Positions 6,356 through 14,424 of a DNA stretch of 40,136 bases are shown here, one piece after another (within the stretch, counting starts at the first letter, position 1; every line of letters starts with the position of its first letter). The DNA comes from a virus. Lineage: Duplodnaviria > Caudoviricetes. Location: positions 1-40,136 of the IMG/VR virus record IMGVR_UViG_3300033181_000004; one strand, 5' to 3'. The notes under the pieces are model-generated. The model had not been told where the DNA came from. It saw nothing but the letters and a program-made list of their open reading frames with translations, and searched no databases. The position numbers and the translations under genes were made by a program.

Positions 6356-7351
6356 TCACATCCCCCCTGACAGATCATCGTCGACAGCCGGCGGCTCGTC
6401 CCGCGTCGGCGGACTGTCGGACAATTCCGGCCCTTCGTCGGCGGGCGGCCGCGCGCCCTCGACCACCGGCGGCATCAGCGCCTCGATCCGGGCCTCGATC
6501 AGCGCCGCGGCGCGCGCGACGGCATCGGGTGGTCCGGATGTCAGGAACGGCTGGATGCGCGGGTCCAGGCGCAGGGCGGCCACCTCGTGCGGCGTGGTGG
6601 AGGCGGCGAGCTTGTCGCGCAAGTACTCCCCGAACGGGCGCTTGGCCGGCTCGTGGGCGTCGGGGATGGCGTCGCCCAGGTATTCGGCGGTGGTCTGCTG
6701 GCGGAGCTGTGCGGGCGCAGGCTGGGGTGGTTTGGGCTGCGGCTCAGCGTCGATCGTCATGCCGGCAAAGCTCTTGCCTTCCATCTCCTCGGCCGTGTTC
6801 GAGTTGCCAGTCTCATCGGGGAATGCCATCCGCAACGCTTGGCTCTCGGCCACCTTGGCGAGTTGGCCATAGCACCGCTTCGACCACATGGCATTGACGC
6901 CCTTGTTCCCCTTGCCGAGCGCATAGTTCTCAATCCAGAACTCTTTTGCAGGGAACGCCCGCGCCTCGCCGTGAGTGTAGCGATACACCGTCACCTTGCA
7001 CCAAAGTGGGAATGTGACTTTCTGCCCATCGAACTCGCGAGTGGTTTCCGGTCCGAACTCCGGCTCGCTTTTGCCGACGTATTCGCCGGTCTCGGCGGCG
7101 TCGGTGCGATAGGTGCCGATCCCCGGCATGAGAACGTCGCGCCACTCGTAGCGGTCGGTGCCAGCGATCTTGACCGACATCGGCACGATGTGAACCGGCT
7201 TCTTCATTGGGTCGCGGCCAGTGCTGCGGCACCAAGCCAGCACGAGTGCCACGCTATCGGCTTTCGCGCCTGGATAGAGCGAGTTCTGCAACACGCGGAT
7301 CAGTTCGTCGCTGGCGGCGCCGGATGGCGGGATCTTCGTGAGCGCGTTCAT
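6356..7351 (-). CDS. bet: Phage single-strand annealing recombinase (Bet/RecT family)
   Basis: LYPGA...LAWCRSTGRDPMKKPVHIVPM...GIGTYRTDAAETGEYVG...W.KRCYGQLAKVAESQALRMAFPDE...AEEM. Confidence 0.9.
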   Translation of the reverse strand: MNALTKIPPSGAASDELIRVLQNSLYPGAKADSVALVLAWCRSTGRDPMKKPVHIVPMSVKIAGTDRYEWRDVLMPGIGTYRTDAAETGEYVGKSEPEFGPETTREFDGQKVTFPLWCKVTVYRYTHGEARAFPAKEFWIENYALGKGNKGVNAMWSKRCYGQLAKVAESQALRMAFPDETGNSNTAEEMEGKSFAGMTIDAEPQPKPPQPAPAQLRQQTTAEYLGDAIPDAHEPAKRPFGEYLRDKLAASTTPHEVAALRLDPRIQPFLTSGPPDAVARAAALIEARIEALMPPVVEGARPPADEGPELSDSPPTRDEPPAVDDDLSGGM

Positions 7352-7956
7352 TTCGTGGCCCTGATTGTGAGGTGCATCGCACCGCTGTTGGAGAGTTCCG
7401 CGCCGTCGACCCGCCCGCGTTGCTTGATCACGGCCAGCAGCGCCTTCGTGTCGATCACCGGCTCACGCGGCATCCAGAACTCCGGTGGGATCAGTTTCTT
7501 GTCGGTGATGATGGCCTGTACCGGATCGGACGCGAGGCCGAACGTGTGGCTGTCGGTGCGGATCGTGGTCGCGCCGGTCTCGAACATACGTTCAGCGAGA
7601 TAGGCGCGCATACGTTTCTTGGCGTCGGCAAACGCTTCCTCCGCCGCCTCGCACGCGACGATGAACGCGCCTGCACCCTGGAACGCGACCAACACATCGG
7701 TGGCACCAGCAACAGCCTTGGCGGCGCGTCCCACATCATCCACCACCCGTTTGATGACGGCCCGGTGCGCGGCAACGCCGGTCTGCATCTGCGCGGTCTC
7801 GGCATCGGCGCCTGGTGTGGCGCGTGCGGGTTCACTCACAGTCGTATCTCCCAATTCAGTTCCCTCGCGGCAGCCACAGTCGAGGCACACGCCGTCGTTG
7901 CTGGCGCCCCATGCCCAGCGGCGCTTGCACTGCGCGCACTCCCACACGCCGGGCAT
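7348..7956 (-). CDS. Gp157-like protein with N-terminal Cys4 zinc-finger extension
   Basis: ITDKKLIPPEFW..EPVIDTKALLAVIK...VDGAEL motif, adjacent to bet. ATG 7956 is TGATG-coupled, and there is a second RBS+GTG at 7839. Confidence 0.75.
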   Translation of the reverse strand: MPGVWECAQCKRRWAWGASNDGVCLDCGCREGTELGDTTVSEPARATPGADAETAQMQTGVAAHRAVIKRVVDDVGRAAKAVAGATDVLVAFQGAGAFIVACEAAEEAFADAKKRMRAYLAERMFETGATTIRTDSHTFGLASDPVQAIITDKKLIPPEFWMPREPVIDTKALLAVIKQRGRVDGAELSNSGAMHLTIRATK

Positions 7957-8240
7957 CACTCGGTCGCCTTGGCAATTACTGCCCTGGCGCGATGCCATTC
8001 GGAGGTATTCGGGAAACCCCACTTCATGACAATCTCTTGCAGGGCGGCGAGCAGATCCGGCGCTGCGGCTATCAGCTTTGCGTTCGCAAGTTCGTCACCA
8101 AGTTCGGCGGCTTCGCCGCAGCCCATTCGGACTTCCGCGTGAGATGTCCATGCGTCAGTGCCGATCCAGTAGTTGCCGTTCATGCTCCGGTTGTCGATCA
8201 CTTGCCAAGGGCCGGGCGTATGCGTTTTCATAGTGCTCAT
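7956..8240 (-). CDS. Conserved small early phage protein (HTPGPW...ANAKLIAAAPDLL type)
   Basis: Recognisable motif pair. ATGA coupling at 8237-8240. Confidence 0.8.
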   Translation of the reverse strand: MSTMKTHTPGPWQVIDNRSMNGNYWIGTDAWTSHAEVRMGCGEAAELGDELANAKLIAAAPDLLAALQEIVMKWGFPNTSEWHRARAVIAKATE

Positions 8241-8413
8241 TCCACCAGCCTCAGCCACCGCAGCGCCCGGTAGACGCGCAATACGCGGGCCAGCGCCAGC
8301 GCATCCTCCGCCTGTTCGTGCGTCGGCGGGTAATCTTTCGCGGTGTCGGGGAGAACGAAGCCGAGCGCGGGCGTGACATGCACGAAACGGCTGGTGTCGA
8401 GTGCGGCGGTCAC
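8237..8413 (-). CDS. 58-aa hypothetical protein (not in ORF track)
   Basis: GTGA/ATGA-coupled on both sides: MTAALDTSRFVHVTPALGFVLPDTAKDYPPTHEQAEDALALARVLRVYRALRWLRLVE*. Confidence 0.65.
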   Translation of the reverse strand: MTAALDTSRFVHVTPALGFVLPDTAKDYPPTHEQAEDALALARVLRVYRALRWLRLVE

Positions 8414-8778
8414 AGCGCATCCTCCGCATCGTGGCGCATGGCGTCGTGGAGGTGCATCACCGTCTCCTCCGACATGGTTGTCGCGCGGTCATGCAGCGCG
8501 TCCGCGAGCATCGCTTGGTCGCGCACCAAGTCGCTGCGGAACCCGGCCAGTTCGCCCAGTATTTCGCAGCTGTCGCGGCTGCCGGGCCAATCGGACAACA
8601 GCCCGGCCTCGCGCCACTCAATGCGCCAACGGTCGATCATCGCCACGGCACTGTGCAGCTCGGCGCGGGCGATGCCCTCGGTGTCCCAGCCGCACGCGGC
8701 GCAGCGTGCGCGCCATGCGGTGTGGCCGATGTCGTCGTGGATGCCAATGTCGGCAAGCGCTGTTGCAATCACCATCAT
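8410..8778 (-). CDS. Hypothetical protein with CxxC
   Basis: ATGA-coupled start at 8778. WRARCAACGW. Confidence 0.6.
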   Translation of the reverse strand: MMVIATALADIGIHDDIGHTAWRARCAACGWDTEGIARAELHSAVAMIDRWRIEWREAGLLSDWPGSRDSCEILGELAGFRSDLVRDQAMLADALHDRATTMSEETVMHLHDAMRHDAEDAL

Positions 8779-9311
8779 ACTGGTCCCTGCGCAGATGCGG
8801 GAACACCGATGAACCGCTCCGTCCACTCCGCGACCAGGGCTGCGACTTGGCTTGTTTCCGGGGTGTCGCCCTGTTCGATATTCAACACAAACCTCTCGAT
8901 CGGGCGTGTGCTGTCGTACTCCAAACTGGTATAGTTAACGCCGCGCACCTTCGCGATCGTGCCAACCAAACACGCACATTCGCCTTGGTAGGCTGACCCG
9001 TTAACTTTTCCGGCGCGCAGGGCAGCCAAGAATGCCGGAGCTTCATCGCGAGCGTTGACCAGCACGTCGTAAAGATCGGCCCGGATGGGTCGCAGGTTCG
9101 CGTCACGCAGGTCCGCGCCACGTAGGTCCGCGCCACCCAGGTACGCGCCACGCAGGTCCGCGCCACCGGCAAGAGCTTTCAGCACAGCGCGACCAATCCG
9201 GGCGAATGCGGACAGGCCGGCAAACTCCGCAGTCGCCTCGCACTCAAACAGGACAAGGCCGCCCCAGCGATGGGTGATGCGAATGGTGTTGGTTGCCTGA
9301 GATGCGCTCAT
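8775..9311 (-). CDS. Pentapeptide-repeat protein
   Basis: ADLRG-AYLGG-ADLRG-ADLRD-ANLRP repeats, then a G.VNGSAYQGECACLVGTIA domain. Start at ATG 9311. Confidence 0.85.
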   Translation of the reverse strand: MSASQATNTIRITHRWGGLVLFECEATAEFAGLSAFARIGRAVLKALAGGADLRGAYLGGADLRGADLRDANLRPIRADLYDVLVNARDEAPAFLAALRAGKVNGSAYQGECACLVGTIAKVRGVNYTSLEYDSTRPIERFVLNIEQGDTPETSQVAALVAEWTERFIGVPASAQGPV

Positions 9312-9312
9312 G

Positions 9313-9540
9313 TCACGCCACCATCGCGAGCGGCGCGGCGTCGATCTGCTCAATGGCGTCGAGGATGGCGTAGGCGAACGCCGCGGCTTCCTGCGAGCTG
9401 CAATGCATGGAGGCACGCATGTCGGCGCCGCTTTCCAGTGAAAGGATCAGCCGGTCGTCGCTGAACGCCGCCAGTCCAAGATTGAGCCTGCGCGCTGGGT
9501 CGGCCACGGGAACGCTGGTGGATGTGATGATTTCGAACAT
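9313..9540 (-). CDS. First gene of the leftward early operon, hypothetical
   Basis: GGAG RBS before ATG 9540 (MFEIITSTS...), just downstream of PL. Confidence 0.65.
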   Translation of the reverse strand: MFEIITSTSVPVADPARRLNLGLAAFSDDRLILSLESGADMRASMHCSSQEAAAFAYAILDAIEQIDAAPLAMVA

Positions 9541-9586
9541 TGGATGCTCCATTCGCGCCCCGCTGGATGCCGGGCTGATGGCGCAT

Positions 9587-9614
9587 AGTATGCAGGCTCC
9601 CTGCATTTCGTCAA
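9587..9614 (-). promoter_or_regulatory. PL-like promoter with embedded operator
   Basis: Minus strand TTGACG-N16-CATACT. The palindrome ATGCAG-GCTCC-CTGCAT (9590-9606) lies in the spacer and overlaps the -10. Confidence 0.7.
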
Positions 9615-9735
9615 CGGCTATTTGGCCAGGAAATGCAGGCAGACTAAATATTATTTACAGGCTATCGGTTGGTAACAGTTATGTGACAGTATGATTTAGA
9701 AGAACAAACAGGGGGGTTTCGCGTGCGCTATCTCG

Positions 9736-10056
9736 CTATTCGGTCTCGCAAGGCCGATCAGCCTCCACCTGCGAAGCCGGCGAAGGAGCCTCTGACGCCG
9801 CCCATAGGGCGTCCCCCAAAGCCTGTGGCAAAGCCGAAACCCGCCCCAAATAAATCCAATCCGTCGTGATATTGTAACGCAGGCAAAACGCTTTGATGAA
9901 CACGAAGCTCGGGATGTTTTCGCCCCGGAGATAATTGTTCAGCTTGCTCGGCGATATGCCGATCTGACGGCATACGTCGATTTGCTTAAGGTTCAGGGCC
10001 TCGATTGCCATTCGTAGACGATTGCCAATTTCGAGTTTTTCTTGTGCTGCGCTCAT
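9736..10056 (-). CDS. XRE-family HTH repressor (cI-like, no S24 peptidase domain)
   Basis: IGNRLRMAIEALNLKQIDVCRQIGISPSKLNNYLRGENIPS...TTDWIYLG. Divergent from the cro-like gene. TATGAT lies 9 nt upstream of the ATG, suggesting a leaderless or near-leaderless mRNA. Confidence 0.88.
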   Translation of the reverse strand: MSAAQEKLEIGNRLRMAIEALNLKQIDVCRQIGISPSKLNNYLRGENIPSFVFIKAFCLRYNITTDWIYLGRVSALPQALGDALWAASEAPSPASQVEADRPCETE

Positions 10057-10130
10057 GCTGGCATAATCATATGTATTTTTCTTTATACGCAATTTAGGAG
10101 GGCTGGCGGACGCCAGCGCCAAGATCAGTC

Positions 10131-10158
10131 TTGCTTTAGTGCAGCCATACTGCATAAT
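10131..10158 (+). promoter_or_regulatory. PR-like promoter with embedded operator
   Basis: TTGCTT-N16-CATAAT, 6 nt before the cro ATG. Palindrome TGCAG-CCATA-CTGCA at 10140-10154. Confidence 0.7.
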
Positions 10159-10164
10159 GGCCAT

Positions 10165-10389
10165 ATGCGTTACGACCCTCCATTGAAGAAAGCCCTCAAG
10201 GCCGCCGGTGGTGTCACCGCACTGGCCGGCCAGCTCGGCATCGTGCCGTCTGCCATTCCGCAGTGGCGGCGCGCACCGGCTCACCATTGCCTCGCTATCG
10301 CCAAACTGACGGGCATCTCGCCGCACGAACTGCGGCCAGACATTTTCGGCGCCGCGCCTGTCGCGGCTCCTGAGCGGGCCGCAGCATGA
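10165..10389 (+). CDS. Cro-like (YdaS family) transcriptional regulator
   Basis: ALKAAGGVTALAGQLGIVPSAIPQW...HCLAIAKLTGISPHELRPDIFG. Confidence 0.88.
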   Translation: MRYDPPLKKALKAAGGVTALAGQLGIVPSAIPQWRRAPAHHCLAIAKLTGISPHELRPDIFGAAPVAAPERAAA

Positions 10390-10614
10390 CCGCCTGGTGG
10401 CTTTTGGCGTGGGTTCCGTCTGGCGCGCTGGTCACGTTGGTCCGGCCCCGTTCCGAAGTCGGCTCAATACCAATTAACACAGGTTGCGAACTGTGACAAC
10501 GAATGTTCCGCTCACGCCGGCTCCGAAGCCGTGAGCATTCTGTGGTTTCTCGCGGTCGGAGCGCTGCTCGCCTGGATCTTCGCCCCGCTTCCGCCGCCGG
10601 ATGACCGGCCGTGA
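10386..10614 (+). CDS. Three translationally coupled micro-ORFs (10386-10496, 10493-10534, 10531-10614)
   Basis: Consecutive ATGA/GTGA overlaps. The last encodes the TM peptide MSILWFLAVGALLAWIFAPLPPPDDRP. Confidence 0.45.
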
Positions 10615-10862
10615 CGCCGGCCCGCAGGCGTGCGCTTGAGAAAGCCGCCGCTCATGGTTTCATCATGCGACCGGGCAGGTTCTGTCCGAAAAACCCATTG
10701 TACGTCTCAGATGCAATCAAGCTCGAGCAATTCGATTCATCGCAGGTTATTGACCGGCTCATCAACGGCGGATTTCTGACCCACGGCAACGGCGCCAACC
10801 AATTCGTACTGACCGCTGCTGGGCTGGCTGAGATCGCAACCGATGGCGAGATACCCATATGA
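10611..10862 (+). CDS. Hypothetical protein (winged-helix-like tail)
   Basis: GTGA/ATGA coupled. IDRLINGGFL...FVLTAAG pattern. Confidence 0.6.
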   Translation: MTPARRRALEKAAAHGFIMRPGRFCPKNPLYVSDAIKLEQFDSSQVIDRLINGGFLTHGNGANQFVLTAAGLAEIATDGEIPI

Positions 10863-11314
10863 CCCGCGCCACGCCGGAGCGGTCGGCTCAAATCGCAGTG
10901 CTGCGTTGGGCGCGCATGGTGCTGCCGGCCGGTTCCATCGTGGCGCTGATCGAGAACGAGCGGCAGGCGCGCTCGGGCGACAAGTTCGCAGCCGCACGGT
11001 TTGGCATGGCGCGCAAGGCCAGTGGCGTAGTCACAGGCATCCCCGATCTGGTGTGCATCATGCCAGGTGGTTGCGTCGCATGGATCGAGATGAAAGCGCC
11101 CGGTGCTGGCGTACTGTCTGAGGCGCAGCAGGCGGTGCACCAGCAGATGCACGCGATCGGCCACACGGTGATCGTCGCCACCGGCATCGAAACGGCACGG
11201 CATGGCCTCCAGGCGGCCGGCATCGCTTTGCGTGAGGCCGCGGGGCAGTCGGTGGCGCGGCCTGTCGTGCGGCGGGCGAAGTCGCGGCTGCGAGCGGATA
11301 GGATACCATTTTAG
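10859..11314 (+). CDS. VRR-NUC domain nuclease (Holliday-junction resolvase-like)
   Basis: E...Q...GVVTGIPDL...WIEMKAPG.G.LSEAQ, a PD-(D/E)xK motif. Confidence 0.88.
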   Translation: MTRATPERSAQIAVLRWARMVLPAGSIVALIENERQARSGDKFAAARFGMARKASGVVTGIPDLVCIMPGGCVAWIEMKAPGAGVLSEAQQAVHQQMHAIGHTVIVATGIETARHGLQAAGIALREAAGQSVARPVVRRAKSRLRADRIPF

Positions 11315-11462
11315 ATGAGCGACGATGAGGCGCAGACCTTTACTGCCGAATGTCCCGACGGAGGCTGCGGCAATTATCCACAATGCCCGTGTGGCGTGTC
11401 ACCATCAGCGGCCTGACGCCGTTGCCTAGATTTCAACGTCTCGCTACGGTGCCGGCATCGAA

Positions 11463-11493
11463 AAGCCCACCCAGCGGCAAACTGGATGGGCTT
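11463..11493 (+). terminator. Stem-loop upstream of the replication genes
   Basis: AAGCCCA-C-CCAG-loop-CTGG-A-TGGGCTT followed by GATTT. Confidence 0.45.
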
Positions 11494-11589
11494 GATTTCG
11501 AAACACGGACCGCTGTTGGCGGTGCGAGAGAGGGCAACCTGCACCCCTTTTTCGCACCCTCGAAGCGGCAACGCAAGAGGTATGCCTAA

Positions 11590-11943
11590 ATGGCATCTGA
11601 TCGTAACGGGTCTGCCCTGGTGCCGCCGCCGGGTTATGAGCCTGTTTGGGTGAACATCGGCGAGATGCTTGAGTTCAAGCAACGGCTGCCGTCTGATTGC
11701 TTCATCGCTCTGGTGCGGCTGATGGAGCAGAGTTCGCAGCTTGGCTTCCTGCCGCCTGCGCTGCGGGATCTGGCGGGCATTGCGCGGATGCCGCGCGCCA
11801 AGTTCACGAAGATCGTCTGGCCGATCATCGCCGTTCATTTCAGGAACACCGATCGCGGCCTGATTTGCCTCACGGTCGAGCGGTGGCAGCAGGAACATGA
11901 CGCGCTTGAAGCGCATCTGGTGAGCGAGGGAGATCAGCCATGA
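11590..11943 (+). CDS. DUF1376/YdaU-like replication-associated protein
   Basis: AAGAGG RBS. RL....IALVRLM......GFLP...RDLAGIARM....F....WPII...F pattern. Immediately precedes rep. Confidence 0.65.
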   Translation: MASDRNGSALVPPPGYEPVWVNIGEMLEFKQRLPSDCFIALVRLMEQSSQLGFLPPALRDLAGIARMPRAKFTKIVWPIIAVHFRNTDRGLICLTVERWQQEHDALEAHLVSEGDQP

Positions 11944-12914
11944 GCGGCAACGCCAAGAGGCTGCCATGGTCGCGCTTTGTCTGGTCGGATTGGAGCCGCG
12001 ACGTGTCGCTGCGGAATTGCTCGCCGGCCGCTCGCGGCATCTGGATGGACATGCTTTGCGCGATGGATGCCTCGACCGAGCGTGGGTATCTGGTGCTGGC
12101 CGGGCGCGCGGCATCGCCGATCGAGGTTGCCAACATGATCGGGGTGGATCGCCGCACGGTCCAGCGCGTCATTGCCGAGCTGGAAAAGAACGGCGTTTTC
12201 AGCCGTGACGGACGCGGCGCAATCTTCTCCAGGCGGATGCTGCGGGACCAAAACGCCCATGACCTCGCCGTTGCGACCGGCACGCAGGGTGGAAATCCAA
12301 AACTGTTGAAAAACAGTGACATAGGCCAAATTCCGGTTAAGGCCCCCGTTAACCTGGTCGAAAAGGCCAAAAATGTCCAAAACGGCTCGGTTTTGGCGTC
12401 GTCCGGAGCCGCTTCGCGACAGGATTGCAGCAATCTGTATCCGAACGGCGGAAAATCCGCGCAAAATGGAACAGACAATCCGCATAATAACAATGAGTTA
12501 AACAGTTCCGGCCTTAACCCACCCGTTAAGCTAGAGAAGAGAAGAGAAGAAAGAGAAGAAAGAGAAGAAAGCAAGGGAAGCAAACAAGAGGCGCGAGCGT
12601 CGCCCGCGCCCGCGCTGCGCGCCGTGGGTTTGCCCCCCTGGATTCCCGTCGATGCCTGGGAAGGCTACGTCGGAATGCGGCGCTCAACCCGAAAGCCGAT
12701 GACGCCTCGAGCGGTGGAGTTGTTGATCGCTCGACTTGATGGATTTCGAGCGCGCGGAGTTGACATCGCCGAGGCGTTGAACGCCAGCACCATCGCCAAC
12801 TGGACCAACGTCTACGAGACGCGAGGTGGGGCATCGGGCAACGCCAGGACCGACGGTAAAATCCGGATGGCTCGCATGGTGTCAGCCTACATGCACCGGG
12901 GAGACGTGCATTGA
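11940..12914 (+). CDS. Phage replication initiator (lambda O-like organisation)
   Basis: PWSRFVWSDW..D.SLRNCSPAARGIWMDMLC...ELEKNGVFSRD.RGAIFSRRM N-terminal domain, GGNP, low-GC repetitive linker, and C-terminal LPPWIP..AW..YV.MR domain. Confidence 0.8.
   Translation: MSGNAKRLPWSRFVWSDWSRDVSLRNCSPAARGIWMDMLCAMDASTERGYLVLAGRAASPIEVANMIGVDRRTVQRVIAELEKNGVFSRDGRGAIFSRRMLRDQNAHDLAVATGTQGGNPKLLKNSDIGQIPVKAPVNLVEKAKNVQNGSVLASSGAASRQDCSNLYPNGGKSAQNGTDNPHNNNELNSSGLNPPVKLEKRREEREEREESKGSKQEARASPAPALRAVGLPPWIPVDAWEGYVGMRRSTRKPMTPRAVELLIARLDGFRARGVDIAEALNASTIANWTNVYETRGGASGNARTDGKIRMARMVSAYMHRGDVH
12290..12590. other. Probable replication origin inside rep
   Basis: AT-enriched. Paired TTAA-N8-TTAA boxes at about 12335-12354 and 12512-12531, and a purine run of AGAGAAGA(A) repeats at 12533-12570. 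Confidence 0.55.
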
Positions 12915-13663
12915 CCTCGATGACAGTCGTGCCGCCTCCGGGACCGCCTGGCAGGCTGCCACCGGCTCGAGCGTTGAGCCAATCGCTGGCAGCCCTGGTG
13001 CGCGACCACGGGCAGGGGCGCCGGCTGGTCGAGATACCCCCGCACCTGCAGGTCGAGGCTGGGTTGGCGTTGCCGAACCTTGAGGCACTGTGCCGACCAG
13101 CGGGCGCGCAGGCGGTGCGAGAATGGCTGATCCCGTTCGCATCCGGTTGCGGCGCGCAGGTTGCCGACGAGGAGTTCCTGTCCCGGTCGGACGTGATCGG
13201 GATGGCGTGCGCGCACCTGCCGCATTCGGTGTTGACCTCGGCCACGCAGCGGGAGGGGCTAGCCACATTCCCGTTCTTTCCAAGCACGAAGGAGGTGCTG
13301 GACCTGCTGCGGCCGCACTGCCGGCACACCGTCGTCGAGCGCGATGCCCTGCGCCACATCACGTCGTTTGCAGCACCGCCGGCCGCGCCGGAACGCACCG
13401 GCCCGAACCTCGCGGCCGAGGAGCGCGACGCCGTGCTGGCGAAGTTCCGCGCCGATATGGCCGTATCGCGCGCCGAGAATGCGCCATCGGAGCCGGTTGA
13501 GCCGGTCAAGGTCCGCCCGTTCCACCACAACGATGAGGTGCTGTTGGAGCGCTACACGGCCCTAGCGGCGGAACCCGTTAACGAGTTTCGTTTCGCAGCG
13601 GCCACCCGGCGCGATATGCTGCGACAGAAGCTCGGCATCGAGACGATGCCGGAACAGCCTTGA
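12911..13663 (+). CDS. Hypothetical protein downstream of the initiator (helicase-loader position)
   Basis: GGAG RBS, TTGA overlap with rep. FFPSTKEV motif. Confidence 0.65.
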   Translation: MTSMTVVPPPGPPGRLPPARALSQSLAALVRDHGQGRRLVEIPPHLQVEAGLALPNLEALCRPAGAQAVREWLIPFASGCGAQVADEEFLSRSDVIGMACAHLPHSVLTSATQREGLATFPFFPSTKEVLDLLRPHCRHTVVERDALRHITSFAAPPAAPERTGPNLAAEERDAVLAKFRADMAVSRAENAPSEPVEPVKVRPFHHNDEVLLERYTALAAEPVNEFRFAAATRRDMLRQKLGIETMPEQP

Positions 13664-13779
13664 ACGCACAAACCCCTTGCGTTCCCGTCACTACTGGCGT
13701 TATGAGCGACGCATCACGTGAAAATCCGGCAAGCGTCGGAGTGCGAAGCCTGCAAATAACCGCGGTTCTATTCAGCAAG

Positions 13780-14424
13780 ATGGGCCATGGCGGGCCTCGC
13801 GCCAACTCCGGCGGTGCCCGTCCAAACTCCGGCCCGAAACCGAAACCAAAGCCGCCCGCTGCCCGCATCCTCCAGCCCCGCCCGCTCGGCCCGCGCTGGT
13901 ATGTCCTGCAGTTCGGCTCCGGCGCCGAGCACGCCGCCATCCGCGAGATCGCCCAGGGCGAGGCACGGCCGGGCCGCCGCCCGCGTCCCGAGTTCCAGAC
14001 GGTGCTGCCGATGCAGTGCGCGATGCGCCGCGTCCGCGGCAAGCTGGTCGAGCATCAGGTTCCGATGTTCGGCGGCTATGGGTTCGTGCGGTTCGACGCC
14101 CGCGCCGACGACTGGCGCGTCCTCTCCGGCATCGACGGCGTGATCCGCGTCATGACCACCCGCAGCCTCACCCCCATGCCACTGCCTGATGACGGCCTCG
14201 TGGAGCTCCTTGTGGACACCGCACCGGAGCGTCTGCACCTGGACAGCCAGGAACGCGCGCACCGGCCTGTGGGGGCATCTGTGAGGGTTTTAGAGGGTGG
14301 TCTTTCGGGACAGCCCGGCGTCGTCCTGGCCTGCGACGGGCGCACCACCACCGCCAGCGTGTCGCTGTTCGGTCGCGACGTGCCCGTGACAATGGCTTGG
14401 GCAGCATTCGAGGCGATGGCATGA
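13780..14424 (+). CDS. NusG/RfaH-family antiterminator (Q-equivalent position)
   Basis: RWYVLQ...AE...[11 protein letters not shown]...GVIRVM NGN domain plus [22 protein letters not shown] motif. Start uncertain (13660, 13702 or 13780). Confidence 0.85.
   Translation: MGHGGPRANSGGARPNSGPKPKPKPPAARILQPRPLGPRWYVLQFGSGAEHAAIREIAQGEARPGRRPRPEFQTVLPMQCAMRRVRGKLVEHQVPMFGGYGFVRFDARADDWRVLSGIDGVIRVMTTRSLTPMPLPDDGLVELLVDTAPERLHLDSQERAHRPVGASVRVLEGGLSGQPGVVLACDGRTTTASVSLFGRDVPVTMAWAAFEAMA

Noticed and set aside
6316-8996. Long plus-strand ORFs (e.g. 6587-7603, 7372-8142) opposite the recombination genes
   Set aside because: Antisense shadows typical of high-GC DNA. The minus-strand genes carry the recognisable motifs and coupling.
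9105-9170. 15-bp tandem DNA repeats
   Set aside because: Fully explained by the pentapeptide-repeat coding sequence.
9690-9720. Alphaproteobacterial LexA box (GAAC-N7-GAAC) near the repressor 3' end
   Set aside because: Only one half-site (GAAC-AAACAGG-GGGG) is present.
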